A stretch of 64,000 nucleotides of DNA, taken from Acidobacteriaceae bacterium (GTDB lineage: Bacteria; Acidobacteriota; Terriglobia; Terriglobales; Acidobacteriaceae). Of the stretch, positions 19,867 through 29,368 are shown piece by piece. The stretch covers positions 644-64,643 of the forward strand of contig DATJQW010000001.1 in the NCBI GenBank assembly GCA_035505395.1. Direction: 5' to 3'. The notes below the pieces were generated by a model that was not told the DNA's origin, did not search any database, and saw nothing but the letters and a program-made list of their open reading frames with translations. Both the position numbers and the translations under genes were made by a program. Position 1 is the first letter of the stretch; each line of letters opens with the position of its first letter.

Positions 19867-20805
19867 TCACAATGCCGCGAAGGGAGCCGCATTTTGATCG
19901 TTCTCGATCGCCGCTGCGGCCGCCGTCGATGCGTCCCGCTCCGGCAGCGGAAACATCTGCGCGTTGAATTCCGCCCCGATGAGCACGCTCAGCGCAATCA
20001 TGTACAGCCAGATCAGCGTTGCAATCCCCGCTCCCAGCGATCCGTACACGATGGAATAGTCCGCAAACCGCGTCAGGTAGAACCCGTAAACCAGCGTCGC
20101 GATAAACCACGTCGCCGTGGCGATCGCCGCGCCCGGCAGTGTCTCCCTCCATCGCCCTCGCACCAGCGCGAACTTCCCGGTGCGCAGCGGCAGCCTCTGC
20201 CGCGGAACTCCGTAGTGGTAGATCATGATCAGCGAAAGCACGCTGGCCGCCAGCGCGATCACCCACCGGATCAGCCGCCACAGCACGATCACGTACAGGT
20301 GCAGTTCGTGCTCCGAGTTCACGATCATCCAGCGCTCGATCGCGTGACCGAAAGCCAGGAACAGCGTCGCCACCGTCATGGGAATCATCGTTCCCGGCAC
20401 CAGCAGCAGCGCCACGATCCGCTCCTGCCAGAACCCCCACGTCCCCCGCGGCAACCGGTACGCCCGCCGGAACCCCTCCATCAGCGACAGCAGCACGCCC
20501 ATCGCTGCAAATACGCTCACGAACATCGATCCTGAAATGATTCGGATCGACCGCGAGTGGTAGGTAATAAAGTAGCTCTGCACCAGCATCATCGTGTCAG
20601 GCGGCAACACTTGCCCCAACGCCGCGCGCAGTACTCCGCGGATGTCGTCCCCCGCGGGCGTCATCGCGAACAGCGTCGTCACCACCAGCAACGCCGGAAA
20701 GATGCTCAGGATGGCCGAATACGCGGCCGCTTTCGCCATCGAAAGCGCGCTGTGCCCAAAGGCCGACCATACCGCTCTTCGAAAATTGTGAAACAGGCGC
20801 AGCAT
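19867..20805 (-). CDS. YihY/BrkB-family inner-membrane protein
   Basis: 312 aa, six hydrophobic segments, AAAYSAILSIFPALLVV N-terminal signature. Paralogue of the gene at 1-784. Confidence 0.85.
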   Translation of the reverse strand: MLRLFHNFRRAVWSAFGHSALSMAKAAAYSAILSIFPALLVVTTLFAMTPAGDDIRGVLRAALGQVLPPDTMMLVQSYFITYHSRSIRIISGSMFVSVFAAMGVLLSLMEGFRRAYRLPRGTWGFWQERIVALLLVPGTMIPMTVATLFLAFGHAIERWMIVNSEHELHLYVIVLWRLIRWVIALAASVLSLIMIYHYGVPRQRLPLRTGKFALVRGRWRETLPGAAIATATWFIATLVYGFYLTRFADYSIVYGSLGAGIATLIWLYMIALSVLIGAEFNAQMFPLPERDASTAAAAAIENDQNAAPFAAL

Positions 20806-20860
20806 GAGCGTTCCCAGTTTACCCGCCGCGGCTGCGAAGACTGAGCAGCGGTCCCGATTC

Positions 20861-21385
20861 TTAACCGTTCCCCTTCCACTGCTCCAGGAAGTTCGTCACC
20901 TGCGCCGGATCCACACGCCCCATAGCCGCGAACTGCCCGGTGGTCGTGCTGTAGATCACATGCCCCTGGGCACCCAGTACTGCCAGAGCTGGAACTCCGC
21001 GCTGCAACGGCACGTCGTATTTGTCGGCAATCTCCTCATTACGATCCATGTGCCCGACGTCGATGTCCACCAGCACGTAATCCGACGCCAGCAGCCCCGC
21101 GTTCGGCTGCTGGTGAAAATAGAAATCCAGAATCTGGCAGTCACCGCACCAGTTCCCGCCGAAATCCAGAATCACTCGCTTGTGTTCGCGCCCCGCTTCC
21201 GCCAGCGCCTGCCGAACCTGCGCGGATGCGTCGGCGTTTTCGTTGTATATCGCGTGAACCCGGAAGGCATTCGCCGTCTCGGCGGTCTCCGGTGTCTCCG
21301 ACGAGTTGCACGCCATCACCGCGCCCGTGACCACCATCGCGCATGCCAGGCGTGCCGCAGCGGCTCGAATGTTTCGCATCGTCAT
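20861..21385 (-). CDS. thioredoxin-fold protein, probably a lipoprotein
   Basis: WCGDC redox motif. N-terminus MTMRNIRAAAARLACAMVVTGAVMAC looks like a signal/lipobox. Track ORF trimmed from 21661. Confidence 0.75.
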   Translation of the reverse strand: MTMRNIRAAAARLACAMVVTGAVMACNSSETPETAETANAFRVHAIYNENADASAQVRQALAEAGREHKRVILDFGGNWCGDCQILDFYFHQQPNAGLLASDYVLVDIDVGHMDRNEEIADKYDVPLQRGVPALAVLGAQGHVIYSTTTGQFAAMGRVDPAQVTNFLEQWKGNG

Positions 21386-21468
21386 CCTTGAATCAATTTG
21401 TGAATCGCGGATCCCATCGTGATGCCACTGTTTGCTGATCGCTGTCTCCCGTTCACTGTCTTCTGCTC

Positions 21469-22380
21469 TCACGCCAGCCGCGCCTGCGCCAGCTCTTCCA
21501 GCACCCGCAGCGGCGATACTTCCGGCCGCACCATCGCCTCCGGCCGAACCAGAAAGGTCTGCTCCAGCGCGTACTGTCCTGCCAGCACCGCGTGCGGCAC
21601 CGTATCCGTGTACACCATCCAGCTCGACCCCGCCGGAAACTGAAACGAATACTTCGTGCACTCTGCCTGCCAGCGCGGGTTCTCTTTCAAAAAATTATGG
21701 AATCGCATCATGAAGTCGTCGTAGGGCGACCGCTTCAGCGACGGAATCGCCGCGCCCAGCCCAATCGCGCGCGCCGCTGCCTTCCCTGCCCGTTCCACCG
21801 CCGAATCCGGCTTCGGCGCAATCTCCTGTGGAGCAAACTGCCGCACTGTTTCCGCAAACGGATCGCTCACCACCCAGTCTCGCGTCCGCGCCGGATGGAT
21901 GTTGTTGAAGAACCTCAAAATCCTGGCCCCATGGGTCGGCCGTGTCGGGAACGCATCCGTGTGCAGCAGGTCGTTTCGCCGCCTCAGCGGCAGATCCCGA
22001 CCCTGCTCCTCCTGCGGCCGGAAGCTGGCATAATCCAGCTGCCAGTTCGCCTCGTAGGGCGACAAAAACTTCGTCAGGAACGCCACCACCGACTGCGAAT
22101 ACTTCCGCATGATTCCGTGCAGGCGTTCCACCGCTGCCGGGCTCGCCGTCTTTGCGTCGTATCCGCTCAGCCGGTCCACATTCGGCTTGTACGCGATGTT
22201 CTTATGCAGGGAGCTGTCCGCCTGCTGCTGCCCCAGCAAAAACCCGGCGTCGCCGGGATCCGGCGGCACCGGCGTCTGCGGGAAGTACAAAATGTCTCCT
22301 GCCTCCAGTCGCGCGCACCACGCGCGGGCCTGCTCCGGCGCCGGATTCACCGCCTCCGCCGGAATGGTCACCACGGCCAT
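21469..22380 (-). CDS. Kdo hydroxylase (KdoO-like Fe/2-oxoglutarate dioxygenase family)
   Basis: LEAGDILYFPQTP..., LHKNIAYKPN..., NDLLHTDAFPTRPTHGARILRFFNNIHP match my memory of the Kdo hydroxylase (DUF2843) family. Start at Met 22380, trimmed from 22719. Confidence 0.7.
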   Translation of the reverse strand: MAVVTIPAEAVNPAPEQARAWCARLEAGDILYFPQTPVPPDPGDAGFLLGQQQADSSLHKNIAYKPNVDRLSGYDAKTASPAAVERLHGIMRKYSQSVVAFLTKFLSPYEANWQLDYASFRPQEEQGRDLPLRRRNDLLHTDAFPTRPTHGARILRFFNNIHPARTRDWVVSDPFAETVRQFAPQEIAPKPDSAVERAGKAAARAIGLGAAIPSLKRSPYDDFMMRFHNFLKENPRWQAECTKYSFQFPAGSSWMVYTDTVPHAVLAGQYALEQTFLVRPEAMVRPEVSPLRVLEELAQARLA

Positions 22381-22667
22381 CAGTGCCCCCCGGTCAGCTT
22401 CCGCCGCAGCCATGTCCCCAGCAGGAACACGAATCCGCACGCCATCGCCGCCAGCCCCGCCGGCAAGGCCACGTAGCGATACGTGTCCGTATAGCTCACG
22501 TGCCCATGCGTCGCGGTATTCCAGATCAGCAGCCCCACGATGGCTGCGAAACAGCTTCCAAAAAATGTCAGGAATCCCGTCGCCAGGCTCAGCAGCACGC
22601 AGGAAAACAATCCAAAATCGCCCAGGGGAATGCCCAGCAGCCGGGCCGGCTCTGCGCTTGCGCTCAT
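22380..22667 (-). CDS. small 3-TM membrane protein, hypothetical
   Basis: 95 aa with GAAGGAG Shine-Dalgarno. Its TGA overlaps the ATG of the Kdo hydroxylase gene (ATGA at 22379-22382). Confidence 0.55.
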   Translation of the reverse strand: MSASAEPARLLGIPLGDFGLFSCVLLSLATGFLTFFGSCFAAIVGLLIWNTATHGHVSYTDTYRYVALPAGLAAMACGFVFLLGTWLRRKLTGGH

Positions 22668-22701
22668 TCGGGAACTCCTTCGTCCAGTAGAATACAGGCA
22701 G

Positions 22702-23445
22702 ATGGCCGGCGCCGCTCAAACCCCTTTATTTCCCGCTTCCCGGGTAGCCCAGGAAGCCCCTGTCCGCCAGGCCGACAATGGCCTTTGCTACGCGAGCTTC
22801 GGCCAGACCAACCTCGACGAACACGACCTGGAACGCATCGTTCAGGCCGTACCCTCGCTGATTGCCGTCGCCCTCCGCCAGCGCGCCTGGTACTTCGTCC
22901 CCCTCGCTATCGGCGAAGACGACGACACCAGCGTCGCCTCCGACTACTCCGTCGACCTCAGCGATCGCGCCACCTGCCATCGCAATGTCCGCTTCGGCTC
23001 CTCCGAGTGCATCTTCATCTCCACGCGTCTCATGCAGGACCGGTTCGCGCTCGCCTTCGAGTTCCTCATCAACGTGGGTCATCAGTTCGTCGACTCGATC
23101 GGCGTCCCTCAAACCTTCGCCGACCTCGTCTGGTCCCAGGCCGAAGCCGACGTCCGCGGCGAAACCAGCCAGGATGCCTGGGAGAATCGCCGCCGCGCCC
23201 AGGACCATGGCCGCTCCAGCGACGACGAGAAGGCCAAATCGGCGTGGTTCGAGGCCGCCTTCGCTGACGCCCTCGCCATCTACATGCTCTCCCTCACCCT
23301 CGACTTCGACTACGCCGACCTCCGCGAGCGCGAATACCCTCTGCTCGCGCCCGCCGCTCTCGCCGAGCGCCTCCGCCACGTCGCCGAGCTCTTCCCTCCC
23401 AACCCCGGCTACGAATTCGACATCCGTTACCGCCGCCGCGCCTAG
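22702..23445 (+). CDS. hypothetical protein
   Basis: High-GC3 ORF with no motif recognised. Start placed at ATG 22702 because the longer track ORF would overlap the divergent gene. Confidence 0.5.
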   Translation: MAGAAQTPLFPASRVAQEAPVRQADNGLCYASFGQTNLDEHDLERIVQAVPSLIAVALRQRAWYFVPLAIGEDDDTSVASDYSVDLSDRATCHRNVRFGSSECIFISTRLMQDRFALAFEFLINVGHQFVDSIGVPQTFADLVWSQAEADVRGETSQDAWENRRRAQDHGRSSDDEKAKSAWFEAAFADALAIYMLSLTLDFDYADLREREYPLLAPAALAERLRHVAELFPPNPGYEFDIRYRRRA

Positions 23446-23453
23446 GCTCACCC

Positions 23454-24002
23454 ATGCGGCCCCGCAAGCCACCCACCGCGCTCGACGAAGACGCCCTTTA
23501 CACCTATGCTGTCCGCCTCCTCGGCACCCAGATGCGCACGGTCGCTGAGTTGAAACGCCTCCTTCGCCGCCGTGCTGCTCTCGGCGAAGCAGGCCAGGCC
23601 GCTCTCGACGCCGTCATCGCACGCCTCAAAGAGCATCGCTACCTCGACGACACCGGCTACGCTCTGGACTACGCCAAACTCCGCCAGGAGAACTCCAGCT
23701 TCGGGCGCCGGCGCGTCCAGCAGGACCTTATGCGCAAGGGCGTCCAGGCCGACGTCATCACCAAAACTCTCGACACCGCTTACGAAGGGGTCGGCGAAGA
23801 AGCTCTCGCCCGCCGTCATCTTGCCCGCAAGCGCATTGCCCAGCCCGAAACCGACAAGGATGCCGCACGCGTCGCCCGTCTCCTCCTGCGAGCCGGCTTC
23901 TCCAGCTCGACCATCGTGCACATCCTCAAAAAATGGAACGTCGACGAAGCCGCGCTCACCGCCTTCGAGTCCGCCGGCGCCGACGAACCCTCGGACTCCT
24001 GA
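23454..24002 (+). CDS. recX: recombination regulator RecX
   Basis: Three-repeat helical pattern: ALYTYAVRLLGTQMRTVAELKRLL..., YLDDTGYALDYAKLR..., RRRVQQDLMRKGV. Confidence 0.8.
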   Translation: MRPRKPPTALDEDALYTYAVRLLGTQMRTVAELKRLLRRRAALGEAGQAALDAVIARLKEHRYLDDTGYALDYAKLRQENSSFGRRRVQQDLMRKGVQADVITKTLDTAYEGVGEEALARRHLARKRIAQPETDKDAARVARLLLRAGFSSSTIVHILKKWNVDEAALTAFESAGADEPSDS

Positions 24003-24087
24003 CTCCGCTGCTGCCCGCCCTCACACTCACGCGTCCTCTGTGGTAAGGTTTCGCGATTCCTCCCTGCTACGATTTCTCAGGCTTCTC

Positions 24088-25356
24088 ATGCCCGTCTTCG
24101 CCCTGCTCAGCACGCTCGTTTGCCTCGCTGCGGCCTTCACCCTTCTCAGCCGCCAGGTGCTGCGCCTGCCCGTCACCGTCGGCGTTATGCTTCTCTCGCT
24201 TCTGACCTCCACCATCCTCGCCATCGCCGGCCGCCACATCCCCGGCGTGCATGCGTACGTCTCCGGCATCATCGCCCACATCGATTTCTCCGCCGTCGTC
24301 CTTCACGGCATGCTCGCCTTCCTGCTCTTCGCAGGAGCCCTCAAACTCAATCTCTCCGATCTCGCTCGCCAGAAGGCCCCCGTCGCCGCGCTCTCCACCT
24401 TCGGCACCCTGCTCTCTACCGTCTTTGTCGCCGCACTGCTCCACGTCATCCTTTCCATCACCGGCCTCAAAATCGGATTCATCGGCTGCCTCCTCTTCGG
24501 CGCGCTCATCTCGCCCACCGACCCCATCGCTGTCCTCGAAATGCTCCGCCGCGTCGGCGCGCCGGCCTCGCTCGAAGCCCAGCTCACCGGCGAATCTCTC
24601 TTCAACGACGGCGTCGGCGCGGTGGTCTTCCTCACCCTCCTCGCCGCCTTTCACTCTGGAACACGCCCCACCGTCGCCAGCTTCACCTGGCTGCTGCTCA
24701 TCAAAGCCGGAGGCGGTATCGGTCTCGGCTTGCTCCTCGGTTATGCCGTCTATCACCTCCTCCGCCCCATTGACAGCTACCGAGCCGAGGTCCTGCTCAC
24801 CCTCGCCCTCGCTATGGGCGGTTATGCACTCGCTGACGCTCTCGGCCTCTCTGCTCCCCTTGAAGCGGTCGCCGCCGGCATTGTCGCCGGCGGCCGCGCC
24901 CGCGCTGTCGTCATGTCTCCGGTCACCCGCGAGCACGTCGACAGCTTCTGGGACCTAATCGACGCCATCATGAACGTCATCCTCTTCCTGCTTCTCGGCC
25001 TCGAGCTCCTGGCCATGCCGTGGAACCCCCACTACGTTTACGCCGGACTCCTCGCCGTCCCCGTCGTCCTCGCCGCCCGCTGGCTCAGCGTCGTCGCTTC
25101 TCTGCTCCTGGTCCGCTTCCGCCACAAGCCTTCCCGTGGCGCCGTCACGGTCCTTACCTGGGGAGGCCTCCGCGGCGCACTCGCCGTCGCTCTCGCTCTC
25201 TCGCTCGCCCCCGGTCCCGCGCACGATCGCCTCATCGCCATCACCTACGTCGTCGTCATCTTCTCCATCGTCGTGCAGGGCCTCACCATGGACACCCTCC
25301 TGCGCAAGCTCCGCTTCGCCTCCCCTGCCCGCGCCATTTCCCAGCGCTCACCCTGA
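24088..25356 (+). CDS. Na+/H+ (cation:proton) antiporter, CPA1/NhaP type
   Basis: Multi-pass membrane protein with FGALISPTDPIAVLEML and ESLFNDGVGAVVF signature. ATG at 24088 inside track ORF 23572-25356. Confidence 0.85.
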   Translation: MPVFALLSTLVCLAAAFTLLSRQVLRLPVTVGVMLLSLLTSTILAIAGRHIPGVHAYVSGIIAHIDFSAVVLHGMLAFLLFAGALKLNLSDLARQKAPVAALSTFGTLLSTVFVAALLHVILSITGLKIGFIGCLLFGALISPTDPIAVLEMLRRVGAPASLEAQLTGESLFNDGVGAVVFLTLLAAFHSGTRPTVASFTWLLLIKAGGGIGLGLLLGYAVYHLLRPIDSYRAEVLLTLALAMGGYALADALGLSAPLEAVAAGIVAGGRARAVVMSPVTREHVDSFWDLIDAIMNVILFLLLGLELLAMPWNPHYVYAGLLAVPVVLAARWLSVVASLLLVRFRHKPSRGAVTVLTWGGLRGALAVALALSLAPGPAHDRLIAITYVVVIFSIVVQGLTMDTLLRKLRFASPARAISQRSP

Positions 25357-25516
25357 AAGCAACTCCTAACTGCAAGAAACAAGGACCGCACTTAAGTAAC
25401 CTCGACGAACTGCCCGCAGAGGATTACCATCGGCGCCATGACTTGAGGCGAGGTCTGAATCCCTCCCCGAACTGTGGCCTCGATTCACCCCTCCCACACG
25501 CCCCGAGGTGAATCCG

Positions 25517-28500
25517 ATGCTCAAAACTGCTCTTTACCATTTATCGGCGGCCGCAGTTATTCTGGTTTGTCTTCCGTCGCTGTTGCCACAGGAGACGCCT
25601 GGTTCGCACTCCGCCAACAACGTGGGCGCGATCCGCACTGAGCGCGGAAATCACTCCTTTCGCGGACTGGATATCCCAGTAGGACAGGTCAGCGCCCCTT
25701 TCAACATCGACATCATCAACGGCGGCAGCTTGCCCGTGACCGGCCTGACGGCAGTCACGCACGGCGACTTCGTCATCGCCAGAAATGGATGCTCCCATAC
25801 GTTAACCGTTGGCACGGCCGCAGAGAGCAGATGCACCATATCTGTATCCTTTCAGCCGACCCATCCCGGCCTTCGCGTAGGCAACCTGACGGTCTCAGCC
25901 CCTGGAGTTCACCCCCTGGTGGTGGCCCTGGATGCCGGAACGCCAATCGACTTCGGCAGTTTGCTCTCGGGAGAGACTTCCGTGCAATGGGTCCAGCTTG
26001 CCACCGGGGGGCCCCTCACCGGTTCGGTGACCAGCCCTTTCACCATGGCGCTGCAAGGCCCCTACGCCTATGGCTCGATAGATGGCATCACCTTTGCCGG
26101 AACGAGTTCCAGCGCGGCCTCTTCGGGAACCCTCTTTCTGGGCGTCCAGTTGCAAGCCGCGGCGATCGGTAGTCTGACGGGAACGGTCTCGCTTTCCGAT
26201 GGATCCACATATTCTCTCTCTGCCAACGTGTCGGGCAATCCGCAGTTGATGCCGGCTGCAATCGATTTTCGCGACATTCCGCTCCAGAGCCCGAGCGGCG
26301 CGGCGACGTTCACAGTTGCTAATGATTCCAGCTCGCCGGTATCGATTGACGCCATCGTCGCGGCCGCGCCGTTTTCCGAGACCAGTAACTGCGGAAGCTT
26401 ACTTCAGGGAAACTCAACCTGTTCGGTCCAGGTAATCTTCACTCCAACTGCCACCGGGGAGTCGACCGGTCAACTTATGATTTCAACGGGCGCCGGCAAC
26501 CTGGTAGCCTCTCTGACCGGAGACGGTGTTCCGCAGATGGGAGATTCAAACATCTCTCCCGCCAGCATCTTTCTGAATTATGAAAGCCCGGGCGCTGTAT
26601 CCCCGCCGCAAACAGTCACCGTCACCAACAGGAATTCGAGTCTGGCGATGACAGTCCAGTACCTGGGTCTCGGCCTTTGCACTTCGTCGGTGACCAGCAA
26701 TTGTTTTCAGGTGCTTCCGAATGATTGCGCCACAATCGCGCCCAATACCTCATGCGATATCCAGCTTCAATATCTCTTTGGCCCAAGCGAGGGAATTGTT
26801 GAGGGCGACTTCAATCTGTTGATAACTCAGGGGAGTGGCGGCTGGGAGTATGCCTTCTTTTACCAGGTAAGTGGCGCTGTGAGCTCGGGGAGCAGCAATT
26901 CGCTCGTGGTGTGGCCGGCATCGCTGGTCTTCGCGCCAACTCTGCCCGGGAAGGTCAGCGATGAACAGCTCCTGACCATCTTCAACGAATCAACTTTACC
27001 CATGTTCGTCGGCAATACGACCGCGGCCGGTTCGGGCCCGAGCAGTTCGACCTTCGCGGTTCCTTACAACTTCAGCGTCGATTCAGCCTGCGGCGTGCTG
27101 GCTCCGGGCGCAGCCTGTACCGCACACGTCCGCTCCTTGCCGGTGGGTAGCGGCAGCAGCTCCTCCGATTATTCCCAGGCATCCGGCCTTCTCATCGGCC
27201 CCTCTTCTGATCAGTTTGCGATAGCCGATTTCCAGGTTCAGGGCTACGGCATTCCGACGACTGCGCTCGCCACCCCGAGTTATTTTCCCTTCGGGCCGCT
27301 CATTCAGCCCGTCTTCAACGGCGGCCCCGTACCGGACGGCACTTTGGTTCCGTTTTCATTGCCGGTCAGGAACATCGGCGCCGCGCCGCTGATCATCAGC
27401 AATGTTTATGAAACTTATCCCGGCGGCTCCCCTCCCCCGGCAGGCGGAACGGGGGTGTTTGCCGTGGATCCCTCGCAATGTGCTGCGCCGATCGCGCCGG
27501 GCGACGAGTGCACCCTGAACGTCACCTGGGATGCGGCGAACTGCCCTCCAAACGGGCCCCCAGGCCTGGATTGCTACGACAATGCGACTCTGATCGTTGA
27601 AAGCAACGCTGACAGCAGCCCCGACGCTTACAGTTTCTACGGCGATCACTATAACGTCGGCGGCCAGATCCCAGCCACTTATTCGCCTCCTCCGCAGCCG
27701 TCTTCGTACTACTTCGGCCGCGTCCAGGTGGGAGAGTCGGCTTCCCAGTCCATTCACTTCAGCGGCACAACCGGTGTCATTCCCTCAGTTTCAATTACCG
27801 GAAAGGGTTACTATCTGAGAAACGGCTGTGCGAGGCTCGCCGGAAGTCAGACGGCTTCCTGCACTGTCGACATTATCTTTGCGCCCGACGCTCCAGGCTT
27901 CTCTGCGGGCGCCGTGAAATTTGTATCCAGCCAGGGACTGACGACGAATCCGTTGTCCGGAAGCGGCATTCCCTCCCAATTGCGCGTGTTTCCGCCCGTT
28001 GTCAGCTTCCCTTCCACCCTCGTTTATCAATCGCCACCGGATCAGAAAGTCACCCTCATCAACATTTCTGATTCGGCCCTGGCCCTCGGAGCCACATACG
28101 TCGAACAGATCCGAGGCGTCTTCCAAATTGCCTCTTCGGACTGCGCTGACTTCCTCGCTGCTCACACATCCTGCAGTATGATCGTAAGCTTCACGCCCTA
28201 TAACTGGGTTGGTGCGAACCAGAGTTCCCTCAATTTCAGTTTTGGCATCGACGATGGGCTGGAGTCGATTCCCCTGAGCGCTCCGGTGACTTCTCTCGTT
28301 CTAACTCCACCTTTCTTCGACTTTGGAACCGTGCATCTCCGCCAGTCTGCCAGCCAGACCTTCTCCGTGGAGAACATCGGCACGGCGACTCAGCTATACG
28401 GCACGGCCCAGATTCAAGGTGCCGTGATTTCAGGCGTCCATGAATCCGATTTCGTGATCGCCGCGAATACCTGCACATCGGGTGTCCTCCTGTCGGGTTC

Positions 28501-28750
28501 GCAAACCTGCAGCGTAACTGTGCAGTTTGCACCATCCGCTGCCGGCCGCCGCCGTGCCGTACTGACTGTGACCTCCAGCAACGCGGGCGTAGTTTCCGCG
28601 AATCTCGTAGGTGAAGGGGTTTCGCCCGGATGCCGTCCAGCTGCAGTATGGAACGGGAACCAGCACGGTTGTCCCTGCGATCATGTCCCTTGCTTGATTC
28701 CGCCTTCCGGGCCGCCAGCTCGCACGGGCGATTATTCCAGCACGCAGTGA
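25517..28750 (+). CDS. large secreted repeat protein, choice-of-anchor-D / ASH-Ig-like modules
   Basis: Signal peptide, then about 9 modules that each end in a Cys...Cys...F.P strand pattern (NGCSHTLTVGTAAESRCTISVSFQP, SNCGSLLQGNSTCSVQVIFTP, NGCARLAGSQTASCTVDIIFAP, NTCTSGVLLSGSQTCSVTVQFAP). ATG at 25517 has better GAGG spacing than the GTG at 25508. Confidence 0.75.
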   Translation: MLKTALYHLSAAAVILVCLPSLLPQETPGSHSANNVGAIRTERGNHSFRGLDIPVGQVSAPFNIDIINGGSLPVTGLTAVTHGDFVIARNGCSHTLTVGTAAESRCTISVSFQPTHPGLRVGNLTVSAPGVHPLVVALDAGTPIDFGSLLSGETSVQWVQLATGGPLTGSVTSPFTMALQGPYAYGSIDGITFAGTSSSAASSGTLFLGVQLQAAAIGSLTGTVSLSDGSTYSLSANVSGNPQLMPAAIDFRDIPLQSPSGAATFTVANDSSSPVSIDAIVAAAPFSETSNCGSLLQGNSTCSVQVIFTPTATGESTGQLMISTGAGNLVASLTGDGVPQMGDSNISPASIFLNYESPGAVSPPQTVTVTNRNSSLAMTVQYLGLGLCTSSVTSNCFQVLPNDCATIAPNTSCDIQLQYLFGPSEGIVEGDFNLLITQGSGGWEYAFFYQVSGAVSSGSSNSLVVWPASLVFAPTLPGKVSDEQLLTIFNESTLPMFVGNTTAAGSGPSSSTFAVPYNFSVDSACGVLAPGAACTAHVRSLPVGSGSSSSDYSQASGLLIGPSSDQFAIADFQVQGYGIPTTALATPSYFPFGPLIQPVFNGGPVPDGTLVPFSLPVRNIGAAPLIISNVYETYPGGSPPPAGGTGVFAVDPSQCAAPIAPGDECTLNVTWDAANCPPNGPPGLDCYDNATLIVESNADSSPDAYSFYGDHYNVGGQIPATYSPPPQPSSYYFGRVQVGESASQSIHFSGTTGVIPSVSITGKGYYLRNGCARLAGSQTASCTVDIIFAPDAPGFSAGAVKFVSSQGLTTNPLSGSGIPSQLRVFPPVVSFPSTLVYQSPPDQKVTLINISDSALALGATYVEQIRGVFQIASSDCADFLAAHTSCSMIVSFTPYNWVGANQSSLNFSFGIDDGLESIPLSAPVTSLVLTPPFFDFGTVHLRQSASQTFSVENIGTATQLYGTAQIQGAVISGVHESDFVIAANTCTSGVLLSGSQTCSVTVQFAPSAAGRRRAVLTVTSSNAGVVSANLVGEGVSPGCRPAAVWNGNQHGCPCDHVPCLIPPSGPPARTGDYSSTQ

Positions 28751-28848
28751 GAGCTCGTGGTGCTGTGATCGATGCACCGTTATTTTGCCAGCACCTGTAT
28801 AGCTGCTCGGCGAGCTGAAGTCCTCTGTGCTATTCTTCAGCGTTCTCT

Positions 28849-29268
28849 ATGCCTGATCGCGCCACGCCCATCCGCGTCCTCGTCGCCAAGCCCGGCCTTG
28901 ACGGCCACGACCGCGGCGCCAAGGTCATCGCCCGCGCCCTCCGCGACGCCGGGATGGAAGTCATCTACACTGGCCTCCGCCAGACCCCTGAGATGATCGT
29001 TAACGCCGCAATCCAGGAGGATGTCGACTGCGTCGGCCTCAGCATCCTCTCCGGTGCGCACAACGCCATCGTCCCGCGCATCACCGCGCTCCTTCGCGAG
29101 CACAGGGCACACGACATCCTCGTCGTGCTCGGGGGCACCGTTCCCGATCAGGACATTGAATTCCTGAAGTCGCAGGGCGTCTCCGCCATCTTCGGTCCCG
29201 GAACCTCTCTCGATGCCGTGGTCAGCTTCATTCGCGACCACGTCCGTCCAAAGAGCGTGGAAGTCTAG
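28849..29268 (+). CDS. cobalamin-binding domain protein (methylmalonyl-CoA mutase C-terminal-domain type)
   Basis: [34 protein letters not shown] with the DxHxxG B12-binding motif. 139 aa, stand-alone. Confidence 0.85.
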   Translation: MPDRATPIRVLVAKPGLDGHDRGAKVIARALRDAGMEVIYTGLRQTPEMIVNAAIQEDVDCVGLSILSGAHNAIVPRITALLREHRAHDILVVLGGTVPDQDIEFLKSQGVSAIFGPGTSLDAVVSFIRDHVRPKSVEV

Positions 29269-29347
29269 AGCTCAACCCCGGCGCTTCCCCCCGCACCCGC
29301 AGAACGTCCCCGGCATCATGCACTCAAAATTTCTGAATCGCAGATAT

Positions 29348-29359
29348 ATGTATATACAT
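29348..29359. promoter_or_regulatory. perfect 12-bp palindrome ATGTATATACAT, candidate MarR operator
   Basis: Self-complementary 12-mer in a strikingly AT-rich ~50-bp spacer, 10 nt upstream of the MarR start codon. Confidence 0.45.
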
Positions 29360-29368
29360 CTTTATCCC

